From positions 1 to 64,000 of the IMG/VR virus record IMGVR_UViG_3300021511_000005: a DNA stretch of 64,000 nt; one strand, 5' to 3'. The notes under the pieces are model-generated. The model worked only from the letters and a program-made list of their open reading frames with translations, was not told the origin of the DNA and ran no database searches. Below, piece after piece: positions 9,469 to 18,706 of this stretch; positions within the stretch are counted from its first letter, which is position 1, and each line of letters begins with the position of its first letter. Source of the DNA: a virus. The position numbers and the translations under genes were made by a program.

Positions 9469-9984
9469 ATGACAGCACCCCTGAAGTCCGCCGCGGAGCT
9501 GGTGGCGGAGCATCGCGGAGACGATGAGGACTCCGCAGAGATCCAGACCGACAACCCCAAGGCTCAGAAGACCTACACCTTCAAGTTCGAGCATCGGGAA
9601 TCGGGGACCAACAAGTTACGGCGCGGGACGTTCACGAACAACATCCTGACAATCCGCGGCAAACGCATGGTGGGGGTGATGCAGTCCCAGCTAGCCGGTG
9701 GGATGCCCTGGGGGACCCTGTCTCCCTTCGACCAGAATCTGATCATGATGCTGGCCCACCTGTCGGTGAGCTTGGACCGTGAGAAGCGGCCGAAGTGGGC
9801 CAAGGACCTGGAAGCGCTCTACGATGACGATCTTATCGAGAAGCTCTATGAGGAGGTGGCCGATCACGAGGCCACGTTTCATGGACTTGATAAGGATCAA
9901 GAGGAGGGCGAGGGCGATAGCAGGGAGGAAGATCCCGATGGCGGGCCTGATGGTCTGGCACCGGGAGAAGCATCAGCCCCATAA
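9469..9984 (+). CDS. Tail assembly chaperone (first ORF, G-like)
   Basis: Between tube and tape measure; GGGAG RBS before ATG 9469; PKW...LYD...LYEEV...TF pattern. Confidence 0.75.
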   Translation: MTAPLKSAAELVAEHRGDDEDSAEIQTDNPKAQKTYTFKFEHRESGTNKLRRGTFTNNILTIRGKRMVGVMQSQLAGGMPWGTLSPFDQNLIMMLAHLSVSLDREKRPKWAKDLEALYDDDLIEKLYEEVADHEATFHGLDKDQEEGEGDSREEDPDGGPDGLAPGEASAP

Positions 9985-10297
9985 GGGAGTTCCCTGGGAC
10001 GATCGAACCTTCGGGGACCTGTTGGAGGAGTACTTCTTGGACATTGCCCTGGAAGTTCGAAGTCTCCGGAAGCGTGTCACGGAGCTGGAGCCCGCAGAGG
10101 CTCGCCATCTCGTGGAGCTGGAGGATATGCTCGAGGACGAGCCGGCCTATCTGGCCGAGCTGTCCTCCGAAGAGACGGATGACCTGTGGGAGACCGCTCA
10201 CAGGACCGGGGACCCGCTCGCGGACTATTGGGAGCGCCAGATCGCTAACGGTGAGGTCCCGGACCTGGACCTGACCGAAGTCCCGGAGGACGAGTAG
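9881..10297 (+). CDS. Tail assembly chaperone second ORF (T-like; own ATG or reached by +1 frameshift)
   Basis: Overlaps the first chaperone ORF by 104 nt in the +1 frame and ends immediately before the tape measure ATG. Confidence 0.7.
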   Translation: MDLIRIKRRARAIAGRKIPMAGLMVWHREKHQPHKGVPWDDRTFGDLLEEYFLDIALEVRSLRKRVTELEPAEARHLVELEDMLEDEPAYLAELSSEETDDLWETAHRTGDPLADYWERQIANGEVPDLDLTEVPEDE

Positions 10298-12475
10298 ATG
10301 GCCCGTGATCCCACCGTTAACGTGAAGGTCAAGGCGGATTCCCGTGAGCTGAAGAAGCTTCGAGCGGCGGGCAAGCAGGCCTTCGACAAGAAGACCCTGA
10401 CCGAGTTCACCCGCGCAGCTGGCGACATGGAGAAGCAGCTCGCGGATGTCCTGAAGCGGCAAATCTCGATCGTTGATCGCATGAAGGACCTGAAGAAGGG
10501 GTCCGATACGTGGAAGGAATGGCGGACCCAGCTGAAGGGGGTGAATCAGGAGGCCTCCGAGGTCGAGCGGACGCTGAGTCGGCTGCGTGGGGTTTTGAGG
10601 CAGCAGGATCAAGAGCAGGAGAAGCAGCAGCAGAAGAGGCGGTCCTTCGCCGCTGGGATGGGCCAGGGGCTGGGGGTTGCCCAGTACATCCCGGCCGACC
10701 GGGGGATGGCCGGCCGGATGGCGGGTGCAGCGTTGGGTGGGGGTATCCGGCGTAGTGCGGGAGCGGCGGCAGCTCCGTTCCTTACTCCGGGGATCGGCGG
10801 GATGGCGCAAGCCTTCGGGGCTATTCCGATTGTGGGAGGAATGGCCGCGGGGGCTCTGCAAACGGGAGCAGGGGCCTATCAACAGGCTTCAGCTTTCGCC
10901 CAGACGGCCAGGGGGGCTCTATTTGCCCAGGGACAAGGAATATCCAGCAGGGCAATGGCCCGGCGGAGCGCCTTGGCCGAAGTCCAAGTTCGCAGGGTTC
11001 GTGCGATTGGCAAACAAGACGCGAGGGAGGCCATTAGGCGAAGGGCCCGTCTTGTGAAGCAGGTAGCAGCCCAGAAGGCATCAGCTCGAACAACAACGAT
11101 CGGAGCCGTGATACCCGGGGAGCCGGCGCCTCAGATGGGTGCCGGGGCTGCTTCTGAAGCCATGACCGACCAGATGGATCGGGCCATGCAGGAAGGTGTC
11201 CGAACGCCGGCGGAGTTTACTCAGTGGCTTAAACGCCGCAAGGGACCGGGGACCACACCACCAACTGTTGCGGAGCTGGGGCGGACACCAGAGCAAGTCC
11301 GCCAGCAGACCAAGCAGCAGATCCAGAGCATTCGGGCTCGAGCGAGGCGGCAACCGACAGGACTTCCTGGAGCTGGTGCGGGCGTACAGTTTGGGCTGGG
11401 GCCACAGGAGATGATGCAGGGCTTTACCCAGATGATGCAGGCGCGGGGTGGAACCTACGATGATGTCCGCCAGGGGGAGTTCAAGGGGCAAATGGCGGCG
11501 CAAGTGGCCTATGGGGTCTCGGCCCAACAGGCCGGCCAAGTCGGTCGGATGGGCATCAGGGGCGGCGGTGGGACCGGCATGGGGCAGGGCCTCGCGGGCG
11601 TCCTCCAAGCCGCTGTAGCACAGGGGTTGAGGGGCTCGCAGGTCACTGAGTATCTGCAGACCTTGGTGGGGCTGGGGCAAGCTGCGGAGCGCTCAGGGGT
11701 CAAGATCAACGCCACCGAGTTCACCCGGTCCGCGGCGACTTTGGGAGCTGCGGGGCTTCAAGGGCTCCAAGCTCAGCGAGTTGCCGGCGGGATGCAACAG
11801 GCGGCTATGAACGTCAGCAAGCGGGGGGTCCAGTCTCCTATCGATGTCATGTTGGCCCGAGCCGCTGGTTTCGATCCGAGCCAGGGACCGGAGGGCTACG
11901 CTGCGGCGATGAACAAGATGGCCGGCGGAATGACCACCGACATGATGAACAAGCTCATGGCCAACATGACCAAGGGAGCCGGCGCCGGCGGCTTTGGGCC
12001 GGAGATGCAGGCCCTGATGCTGCGGAGGGCCATGGGCAAGATGGGGGTGGAGGTGGGCCCGGGCCAGGCCACGTCTATGTTGGAAGCTTATCGGCAAGGG
12101 AAGCCCTTTGGGGGTGACAAGTACGGCGAAGAAGAAGGAGCCGAGCAGCGGCTAATCAAAATTGCTAGGGGAAAGGTCCGAAGGGGCGCAGGCTTGGCAG
12201 TCGCTGCCGCGGGGCTCCAAGCGACCCAGATTGACGTTGGATCGCGGATGGCTTCGACTGTCATCTCTTTGGAGAAGGCGAGCTTGAATACGGCTCGAGC
12301 GATCAGTCGGCTGCCTATTAATAAGCTGGCTAGTGCGGTGGAACGGTCTACGAAGGCTCTGGATAACTTCTTTGCGGGTAAAGGTGGATCGGGGATCATG
12401 GGGCTCCTCGAAGACTTGATCCAAGCTGTCCGCGGCGGCGGGGGTACCAAAGGTCCTGCGGGGACGGGGGGATAA
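10298..12475 (+). CDS. Tape measure protein
   Basis: 725 aa, Ala/Gly/Gln/Met-rich and helical, N-terminal VNVKVKADS motif and coiled coil; follows the chaperones. Confidence 0.85.
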   Translation: MARDPTVNVKVKADSRELKKLRAAGKQAFDKKTLTEFTRAAGDMEKQLADVLKRQISIVDRMKDLKKGSDTWKEWRTQLKGVNQEASEVERTLSRLRGVLRQQDQEQEKQQQKRRSFAAGMGQGLGVAQYIPADRGMAGRMAGAALGGGIRRSAGAAAAPFLTPGIGGMAQAFGAIPIVGGMAAGALQTGAGAYQQASAFAQTARGALFAQGQGISSRAMARRSALAEVQVRRVRAIGKQDAREAIRRRARLVKQVAAQKASARTTTIGAVIPGEPAPQMGAGAASEAMTDQMDRAMQEGVRTPAEFTQWLKRRKGPGTTPPTVAELGRTPEQVRQQTKQQIQSIRARARRQPTGLPGAGAGVQFGLGPQEMMQGFTQMMQARGGTYDDVRQGEFKGQMAAQVAYGVSAQQAGQVGRMGIRGGGGTGMGQGLAGVLQAAVAQGLRGSQVTEYLQTLVGLGQAAERSGVKINATEFTRSAATLGAAGLQGLQAQRVAGGMQQAAMNVSKRGVQSPIDVMLARAAGFDPSQGPEGYAAAMNKMAGGMTTDMMNKLMANMTKGAGAGGFGPEMQALMLRRAMGKMGVEVGPGQATSMLEAYRQGKPFGGDKYGEEEGAEQRLIKIARGKVRRGAGLAVAAAGLQATQIDVGSRMASTVISLEKASLNTARAISRLPINKLASAVERSTKALDNFFAGKGGSGIMGLLEDLIQAVRGGGGTKGPAGTGG

Positions 12476-14133
12476 TGGCCAAGGTCGCTCCGCTGAAGGG
12501 CTATGTGGGTCTGGACAACCGTGGTGACGTGCCGCGGGTGTCCCAGAATCTGCGGGTCCGCTTCACCATCTATCCGCAGGCCATGGACTTCGAGGGCCTG
12601 GCGCTCAACGCTGCCGGCGGTAACGCCCTGGCCAAGCGGACGAGCGCCAAGAAGATGGTCCTGGACTGGACATCCCAGTCCCAGATGGGGCTCCAGTTGT
12701 TCGACTTTCACAAGCAAATGGGGCAGCCGAGCGGCGTCTGGTCAGCGATAGCCAAAGAGAAGCGGGGGATCGAGCTGGGGCTGGAGGATGGGCAGATCCT
12801 GGACGGCGACTGGTGCGACGTGTCGATCCTGCGGAACGGTGTGGAGATTCCGCTGTGCCGCGGGGTGATCGACAGCTGCCGGGAGCAGACCATGTCCTCC
12901 GGGGGGTCCACGGTCCGGACCTGGTCTCTATCGGGACGGGACCACGGATCCTTCTTCGAATATCCGATCACCTACTCCAACATCTGGGCGCAGACGCTGG
13001 GGGAGCTGACTCAGGGACTGTTCACAGCCCGCGTGAAGGGCAAGATCGGCGGCCGACCGGACGAGCTGTTCCGGATTCTGGTGGAGGCGACCTTCGCCTC
13101 CGGGAAGCTGTCGGGGCAGTGGGAGCTACCGCAGAGCCTGGCGGATACCACGGGCGGCCAGAAACGGTTACACGACCTTCTGGACATCGTCACCTACTCG
13201 GCGGACAAGACCCTTCGCCAGGGCCTCCGAGGCGCCTACTACAACGAGCCGGCGCTGTGGACGGCCGGCGGGCAGACCCTCCACCAGACTCTCGAGCAGT
13301 GGTGCAACCCGCTGATGAATGAGATGTACTACGACCTGATCCCACCCACGGGCTTTACGCCGCAGAACGGCCAGGGGCAGTGGATCATCCCTCTGCCCAC
13401 GGACACAGACGTCGAGGTCAAGGAGCGGGTGGACAACCTGGGCGGGGTCCTCAAGCCCGGCGGCGCCGAGCTGGACAGTCTCCTGGGCGAGTTCGGGGTC
13501 ATCTCCGCTATCATTCGGGAGCGACCCTTCCCGTCCACCGTGATGGGGCGGGACAGCCTGTGGTTTGATTTGCCGGAGTGGCGGCTTCCCATGTGGGCGC
13601 TGCAGTCCCTGGACCTAGGGCGCGCGGGCCACGAACGCTACAACCTGTTCGAGCTGCTGACCGATTTGTCGATGGGCTCCACCGCGGAACAGCCACCGCA
13701 GGCGCGGCCGACCTGGAACAAGATGGACATCCGCCAGCGCGGGCTCCGGACCTTCAGCCAAACGACGCGCTACCTGGCCCAGCTCAAGTCCGGCCTGGGG
13801 GACTGGTTCGCGGAGCGCTCTACCTGGCAGGCCCTTATCCGGGACTGGTACGCGCCGAGTCCCTATCTCCGCCAGGGACAAGTGGTCTCCAAACTGTTCT
13901 TGCCGGAGGTCCGCATTGGCCAGAAGCTAGTCCTGGACGAGGGCGGCGCCGAATCGGATAACGAGCGGCTCTATATTGAGGGGACCCATCTCCGCTACAC
14001 GGGCCCCGCGGGGCCCAGCAAGCCGCCCGGTGGGATGACCACCTTCACCCTGTCCCACGGCTTCCGCGGGACGGACAAGCAGCACCTGGACGCGGTCAAG
14101 TCGCTGGCCTCGTTCTTCGAGGAGGTCTTTTAA
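12475..14133 (+). CDS. Baseplate hub protein (T4 gp27 / Mu gp44-like)
   Basis: GVID...WSLSGRD, NEMYYD, IIRERPF and PEVRIGQKL motifs; after the tape measure gene. Confidence 0.7.
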   Translation: MAKVAPLKGYVGLDNRGDVPRVSQNLRVRFTIYPQAMDFEGLALNAAGGNALAKRTSAKKMVLDWTSQSQMGLQLFDFHKQMGQPSGVWSAIAKEKRGIELGLEDGQILDGDWCDVSILRNGVEIPLCRGVIDSCREQTMSSGGSTVRTWSLSGRDHGSFFEYPITYSNIWAQTLGELTQGLFTARVKGKIGGRPDELFRILVEATFASGKLSGQWELPQSLADTTGGQKRLHDLLDIVTYSADKTLRQGLRGAYYNEPALWTAGGQTLHQTLEQWCNPLMNEMYYDLIPPTGFTPQNGQGQWIIPLPTDTDVEVKERVDNLGGVLKPGGAELDSLLGEFGVISAIIRERPFPSTVMGRDSLWFDLPEWRLPMWALQSLDLGRAGHERYNLFELLTDLSMGSTAEQPPQARPTWNKMDIRQRGLRTFSQTTRYLAQLKSGLGDWFAERSTWQALIRDWYAPSPYLRQGQVVSKLFLPEVRIGQKLVLDEGGAESDNERLYIEGTHLRYTGPAGPSKPPGGMTTFTLSHGFRGTDKQHLDAVKSLASFFEEVF

Positions 14134-15338
14134 TGGGCGGCAATGGTCCATCCCGCCAGACGGGATTCGAGGTCATGCAGGACCGCGACGGCAATGTCCA
14201 CCAGGCGGGGATTCCTTCTGATCCATTGACACGCCATAGGCCCATTGATCTGGTGGAGCGCCAGCCCGTGGAGTGCGTGGTGGAGGCGCTCTACTACACC
14301 GATGAGGATGATCGGAACAACCTGACCAAGAGCCAACAGCGGACCTTGATGGCGGATATCCGGACGCTGGGCAAGCGGTCCCAGCAGCTCCGCTGGGTCC
14401 CAGTTCTGCAGCGAACCCAGGGCTTGTGGGATGAGGACTTGGTGATCCCGCGGCCAACTAAACTGGACATCGACGGTAACGACTTGTCTATGGGTTCTGC
14501 GGCCAAGGGCGACAAGAAGCCGACGCCGGCGGAGTCGATGGACGGAGACCGCGGTCTGCTGATGTTCTTGGAGGCCGATCCAGCGCGGCCTGTGCTCTTG
14601 CCCTATAGCCAGGGACACCCCAAGACGAATACGCCGCGCAAGGCCGCTGACGGGCGCGTGAAGCGGCTCCGCCACGGTGGGACGCTGGTGGAGTGGAGTG
14701 AGGACGGCAACTGGACACTAGACGCCACAGCGGCCGCCAAGCAGGAGCTGGACTCCAGCGGAAACGAGCAGGCCAACAACGGGACCAGCGGGATCATCAC
14801 CTTGAAGACCAAGGACGGGGGCGGGGCTGAGCTACACCTGGTCTTGGACGAGAACGGAAACGCGGAGCTGCAGGACGGCGGTGGGACGGAGAAGCTCACC
14901 CTAACCAAGTCTGGCAAGATGGCGGAGCTGAAGGCCGGTACGAAGATTTTGGTGGACGCTGGGGCCCAGCTCGAGTTGAAGGCCGGCGCGTCCATGCAGA
15001 CAACGGCGCCGACGCAGGTCAACACCGCGGCCGTGAGCTTCGCCTTGACGTCGCCGGCGCAGACCTTCACGGCGGCTGCCAGCTTTACGGTGGTGGGTCC
15101 CAACCTGATCCTGGGGACGGGACTTCCGTTGCCTGTGGTCAAGCACACTCCTTGGCTGGCGTCATGGATCGCTCTGAATCAGGAGGTGGCTAGCCAGATC
15201 GCCAAGTATGATCCCGGGAATCCGGCGAGGCCGCAGAAGGCCGACGACGTCAACGATTACTACAACCTGTTGTTGAAGGTGAATTCCGTCGCCGCAGCTT
15301 TCGCGGGGACAACAACAACTGCGACCAAGGTGGCCTAG
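14133..15338 (+). CDS. Baseplate central spike (gpV/gp45-like)
   Basis: OB-fold-like N-half (GDRGLLMFLEADPARPVLL) then beta-strand repeats; follows the hub. Confidence 0.65.
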   Translation: MGGNGPSRQTGFEVMQDRDGNVHQAGIPSDPLTRHRPIDLVERQPVECVVEALYYTDEDDRNNLTKSQQRTLMADIRTLGKRSQQLRWVPVLQRTQGLWDEDLVIPRPTKLDIDGNDLSMGSAAKGDKKPTPAESMDGDRGLLMFLEADPARPVLLPYSQGHPKTNTPRKAADGRVKRLRHGGTLVEWSEDGNWTLDATAAAKQELDSSGNEQANNGTSGIITLKTKDGGGAELHLVLDENGNAELQDGGGTEKLTLTKSGKMAELKAGTKILVDAGAQLELKAGASMQTTAPTQVNTAAVSFALTSPAQTFTAAASFTVVGPNLILGTGLPLPVVKHTPWLASWIALNQEVASQIAKYDPGNPARPQKADDVNDYYNLLLKVNSVAAAFAGTTTTATKVA

Positions 15339-17261
15339 ATGGGCGTGAGCATCATTGACGTGGCGATCGAGTCCGCCCGGCAGCTCAAGACGGGGGACGA
15401 GAATTACGCCCAGGTGGGATCCTGGGTCTTCATCCTCAAGGGGCCGTCGATGGAAGGCCCCGTAGGCCCCTTGGGGGAGGTTCAGTTCCCGCTCCCCATC
15501 AACCCGCGGAGCTTCAGCTACACGTTGCCCTTCTCTGCCGAGTTGACTCCGCTTCAGGAGGGCGGCGTGGTTACGGAGGAGAATGGCGTCGTTATTGGGG
15601 AGATCACGATCGAGGGGACCACGGGCTTCAAGCTCCGTCAGATCCGCGATACGTCGGCGGCTTCCGGGGATGGCGAGTTCACCGGGGATTTGACGTCTAA
15701 GGTCATGTCGCCGGTCAGCGCTGGCGACGAGGTCAGCGGACAGTACGCCTTTTGGCGGCTGGCGAATCGCTGCTTCGATGGTTACAGCGCGTTGAAGAAG
15801 GACCCCAAGGCCTCCGCCAAGACGTCTATGGAGCTGCATGTCTCCAAGGACGAGCTGCATTTGGAGGTGGTACCCCGGGAGTTCGCCCTGAGGCGCGATT
15901 CCACCCGTTCGCGCGTGACCTACGAGTACTCTATCCGGTTGGCGGTTATCGGCGCGGCGCAGACCCGGGTCTTCCCGAGTCCGGACGAGGGGCTGCTGAC
16001 CAAGCTCCGAAACACCATCAGCAGGATTCGGACGTCGGTCCAGCAGATTGCCGCGACGGTGGACGACGTGACCCAGGCCCTGGACGAGATCTCTAGAACC
16101 ATCACATCGGTCGCGGGGATCCTCGACGACTTCAAGAGCGTGATCGACGCCCACAATGATCTGCTGGACGGGACCAAGCGGTTCCTGTCCACCCCCAAAT
16201 CCTTCATGAACAACTTGGCGGAGCAAGTTGAATCCGTGGCCGCCATCGCGGTCAACGCGGAGGAGTGGCCCGCGGATGTGGCGCAGAGCTTCCGCAGCTT
16301 AGGCGATGATTTGGACCGCTTGATTGTGGCGGGGACCCAGTTCCACAAGCCCACCTGGGAAGAGAAGGTCAGGGCCTATGAGAACAAGGCGGCCAGCGGG
16401 GACCCCAATGTCGCCAGGCGGACCTTCGCCAGCGGAGGCGCTGTTCCGGACGGGACCAGCGCCAGTTCTGACCAACTTCCCGGAACCGGGACCACGGGCA
16501 AGAAGGTGGTGGATGTTTTCGGCCCCGCTGGCAACAAGCCGGGAGACGCCCGGCGGGCGTTGCTGATTGAGCCGGCGGCTCGACTCAACACCAAAGAGTA
16601 CTCCGGTTTCCAGGAGATCGTGGTGGGCGCCGGCGACACGCTGCAAGCCATCGCGGCCAAGCGGTTGGGGCGCGCCGATAAGTGGCTGGACCTGGCTATC
16701 CTCAATGACTTGAAGTCACCCTTCATCACGGAGAACAAGCTGCCCCAGACGCTGCAGACGGGCTCCAAGATCGTCATCCCGGTGGACACGCCCACAGTCA
16801 ACCCGGACGTCATCACGGGCTCCGGCGTCAAGGTCGGGTCCAGCCAGATGGAGGAGCACTTGGGTCAGGACTTCGAGATGATCCAGACCAAGCGGGCCAA
16901 CGGTCGCCCTTCGGGCCAATTCGGATGGGCCATTGACACGGCCGGCGGCTCCATTGACGTCCGCAAGGTCAAGGGGGTGGCCAACTACGCCCAGGCCCTG
17001 GAGATGCGGTTCCGCACAGAGAACGGCTTCAACATCCTCTACCCGGCCATCGGGCTCCCGCGGCTCGTGGGTCAGCGGGGATTCCGGGATCGACTAGCCT
17101 CCGCCAACTTCGCAGCGCGCCAGCAGCTCCTGGCCGATAAGCGGACGGACCGGGTCTTGTCTTTCCAGTTCCGGGTGGTCAAGGATACTGTCTTCATCGA
17201 GGCGGACGTCCAGCCAGTGGGCTTCAATTCGAGCCGGGTCATCAGTCGGGCTATCACGTAG
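15339..17261 (+). CDS. Fused tube-initiator-like + LysM + gp25-like baseplate protein
   Basis: FPLPINPRSFSY...ITIEGTTG N-domain; VGAGDTLQAIAAKRLG...W..LAILNDL LysM; KVKGVANYAQALEMRFRTE...YPAIG gp25-like C-domain. Confidence 0.72.
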   Translation: MGVSIIDVAIESARQLKTGDENYAQVGSWVFILKGPSMEGPVGPLGEVQFPLPINPRSFSYTLPFSAELTPLQEGGVVTEENGVVIGEITIEGTTGFKLRQIRDTSAASGDGEFTGDLTSKVMSPVSAGDEVSGQYAFWRLANRCFDGYSALKKDPKASAKTSMELHVSKDELHLEVVPREFALRRDSTRSRVTYEYSIRLAVIGAAQTRVFPSPDEGLLTKLRNTISRIRTSVQQIAATVDDVTQALDEISRTITSVAGILDDFKSVIDAHNDLLDGTKRFLSTPKSFMNNLAEQVESVAAIAVNAEEWPADVAQSFRSLGDDLDRLIVAGTQFHKPTWEEKVRAYENKAASGDPNVARRTFASGGAVPDGTSASSDQLPGTGTTGKKVVDVFGPAGNKPGDARRALLIEPAARLNTKEYSGFQEIVVGAGDTLQAIAAKRLGRADKWLDLAILNDLKSPFITENKLPQTLQTGSKIVIPVDTPTVNPDVITGSGVKVGSSQMEEHLGQDFEMIQTKRANGRPSGQFGWAIDTAGGSIDVRKVKGVANYAQALEMRFRTENGFNILYPAIGLPRLVGQRGFRDRLASANFAARQQLLADKRTDRVLSFQFRVVKDTVFIEADVQPVGFNSSRVISRAIT

Positions 17262-17270
17262 GAGAGCGAG

Positions 17271-18698
17271 ATGGGTCAGTTTACGGTCAAGGTCTATGAG
17301 GACATCCTGGACGCGCAGATCGCCAAGGTGGTCGCGCGGACGGACCTGACGGACATCAACGACGGAAGCAGCCTGAAGCAGGTCCTGGCGGCCAGCTCCA
17401 GGTCCGACGATGAGCAGTACTTCCAGATGCTCAATCTCCGGGACCTGTTCGATATCGACAAGGCCACGGACGAGGACCTGGACGATCGGGCCAAGGAGAT
17501 CCAGGGGGCGCTCGAGTTGACTGGGCAGATCACCAGGATAGGCGCCCGGCGAGCCACAGGGGAGGTGGTCTTCTCCAGGACGGGGACGGTGGGGACGGTG
17601 ACCATCCCGATCGGGACGGAGGTCAAGGTCCCGGCCGTGGGCGCGGCAGCGGACATCCTGTTCACCACCACCGAAGAGGGAACCATCGCCGGAGGCTCCC
17701 AGGACTCCAACAACGTGGACATTCAGGCCAACGTGGCCGGCGCAGACGGCAACGCTGCACCGACCACGATCAACGGCTTCGTGACCAAGCCGTCCGGGGT
17801 GGACTCGGTCTCCAATCCCAGTACGTTGACCAACGGTCTGGACAAGGAATCGGATGATGACTTCCGACGCCGTTTGAAGCTGTCCATCAAGGGCCTGGCC
17901 CGTTGTCATCCGGCCGGGCTTGAGGCTGGCGCGGTGGGCGTGGAGGACCCGGGCGGTTCCGGCAAGACGGTGGTCTTCGCCAACGTGGTCGAGGACACCG
18001 TTGATCGCGGTGAGGTCACGCTCTACGTAGACGACGGTTCTGGGACTGCGGAGAGTACGGCCGCGGTGTCTTCGGATACTCTGGGGATCCCCGGAGGCGC
18101 CGCTGGCGGCGAGGTGGACTTGTATACGGCCGACAAGCCCATCAAACCTGGGACCACCTTCACGCTGACCTATGATGCCCTGGGTGGCGGGTCGCCTGTG
18201 GTTCTGACCGAGGGAGTGGACTACACGTTAGATCGGGCCGCGGGGCACATTAAGCTGACCCAGGCGTCCTTCCCAACAGGTCTGACAGCTACGGATGACA
18301 TCGAGGCCGCCTATACCCACTTCACTGGGCTGATTCAGGAGGTTCAGAAAGTCATTGACGGTGATCCGGCGGACCGTTCCAACTACCCGGGCTGGAGGGC
18401 CGCGGGTGTCCGCGTGACCGTTCTGTCCCCCAACATCCTGCAGTTGACGGTAACTGTGAACGTGACCGTCAAGACTGGGTTCGGCCAGGCGGCCGCTATC
18501 AGCTCTGTGGAATCGGCGCTGTCGGGCTACGTCAATAGCTTGGGGATATCGGAGGACGTGATCCTCAACGAGCTTCGGGAGCGAGCGATGGCCGTGGAGG
18601 GGATCTTCGATGTCAGCTTCCAGTTGCCGGCGGATAACACGGTCATCCTGGACAACCAGATCGCTCGCCTGATTGCCAGCAACCTGACAGTCAATTAG
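17271..18698 (+). CDS. Baseplate wedge protein, baseplate J (gp47/gp6)-like
   Basis: TDINDGS, ATDEDLDD, ATGEVVF, IPIGT, GADGN, NGLDKESDDDFRRR and RAAGV motifs. Confidence 0.92.
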   Translation: MGQFTVKVYEDILDAQIAKVVARTDLTDINDGSSLKQVLAASSRSDDEQYFQMLNLRDLFDIDKATDEDLDDRAKEIQGALELTGQITRIGARRATGEVVFSRTGTVGTVTIPIGTEVKVPAVGAAADILFTTTEEGTIAGGSQDSNNVDIQANVAGADGNAAPTTINGFVTKPSGVDSVSNPSTLTNGLDKESDDDFRRRLKLSIKGLARCHPAGLEAGAVGVEDPGGSGKTVVFANVVEDTVDRGEVTLYVDDGSGTAESTAAVSSDTLGIPGGAAGGEVDLYTADKPIKPGTTFTLTYDALGGGSPVVLTEGVDYTLDRAAGHIKLTQASFPTGLTATDDIEAAYTHFTGLIQEVQKVIDGDPADRSNYPGWRAAGVRVTVLSPNILQLTVTVNVTVKTGFGQAAAISSVESALSGYVNSLGISEDVILNELRERAMAVEGIFDVSFQLPADNTVILDNQIARLIASNLTVN

Positions 18699-18706
18699 AG
18701 ATTTCC

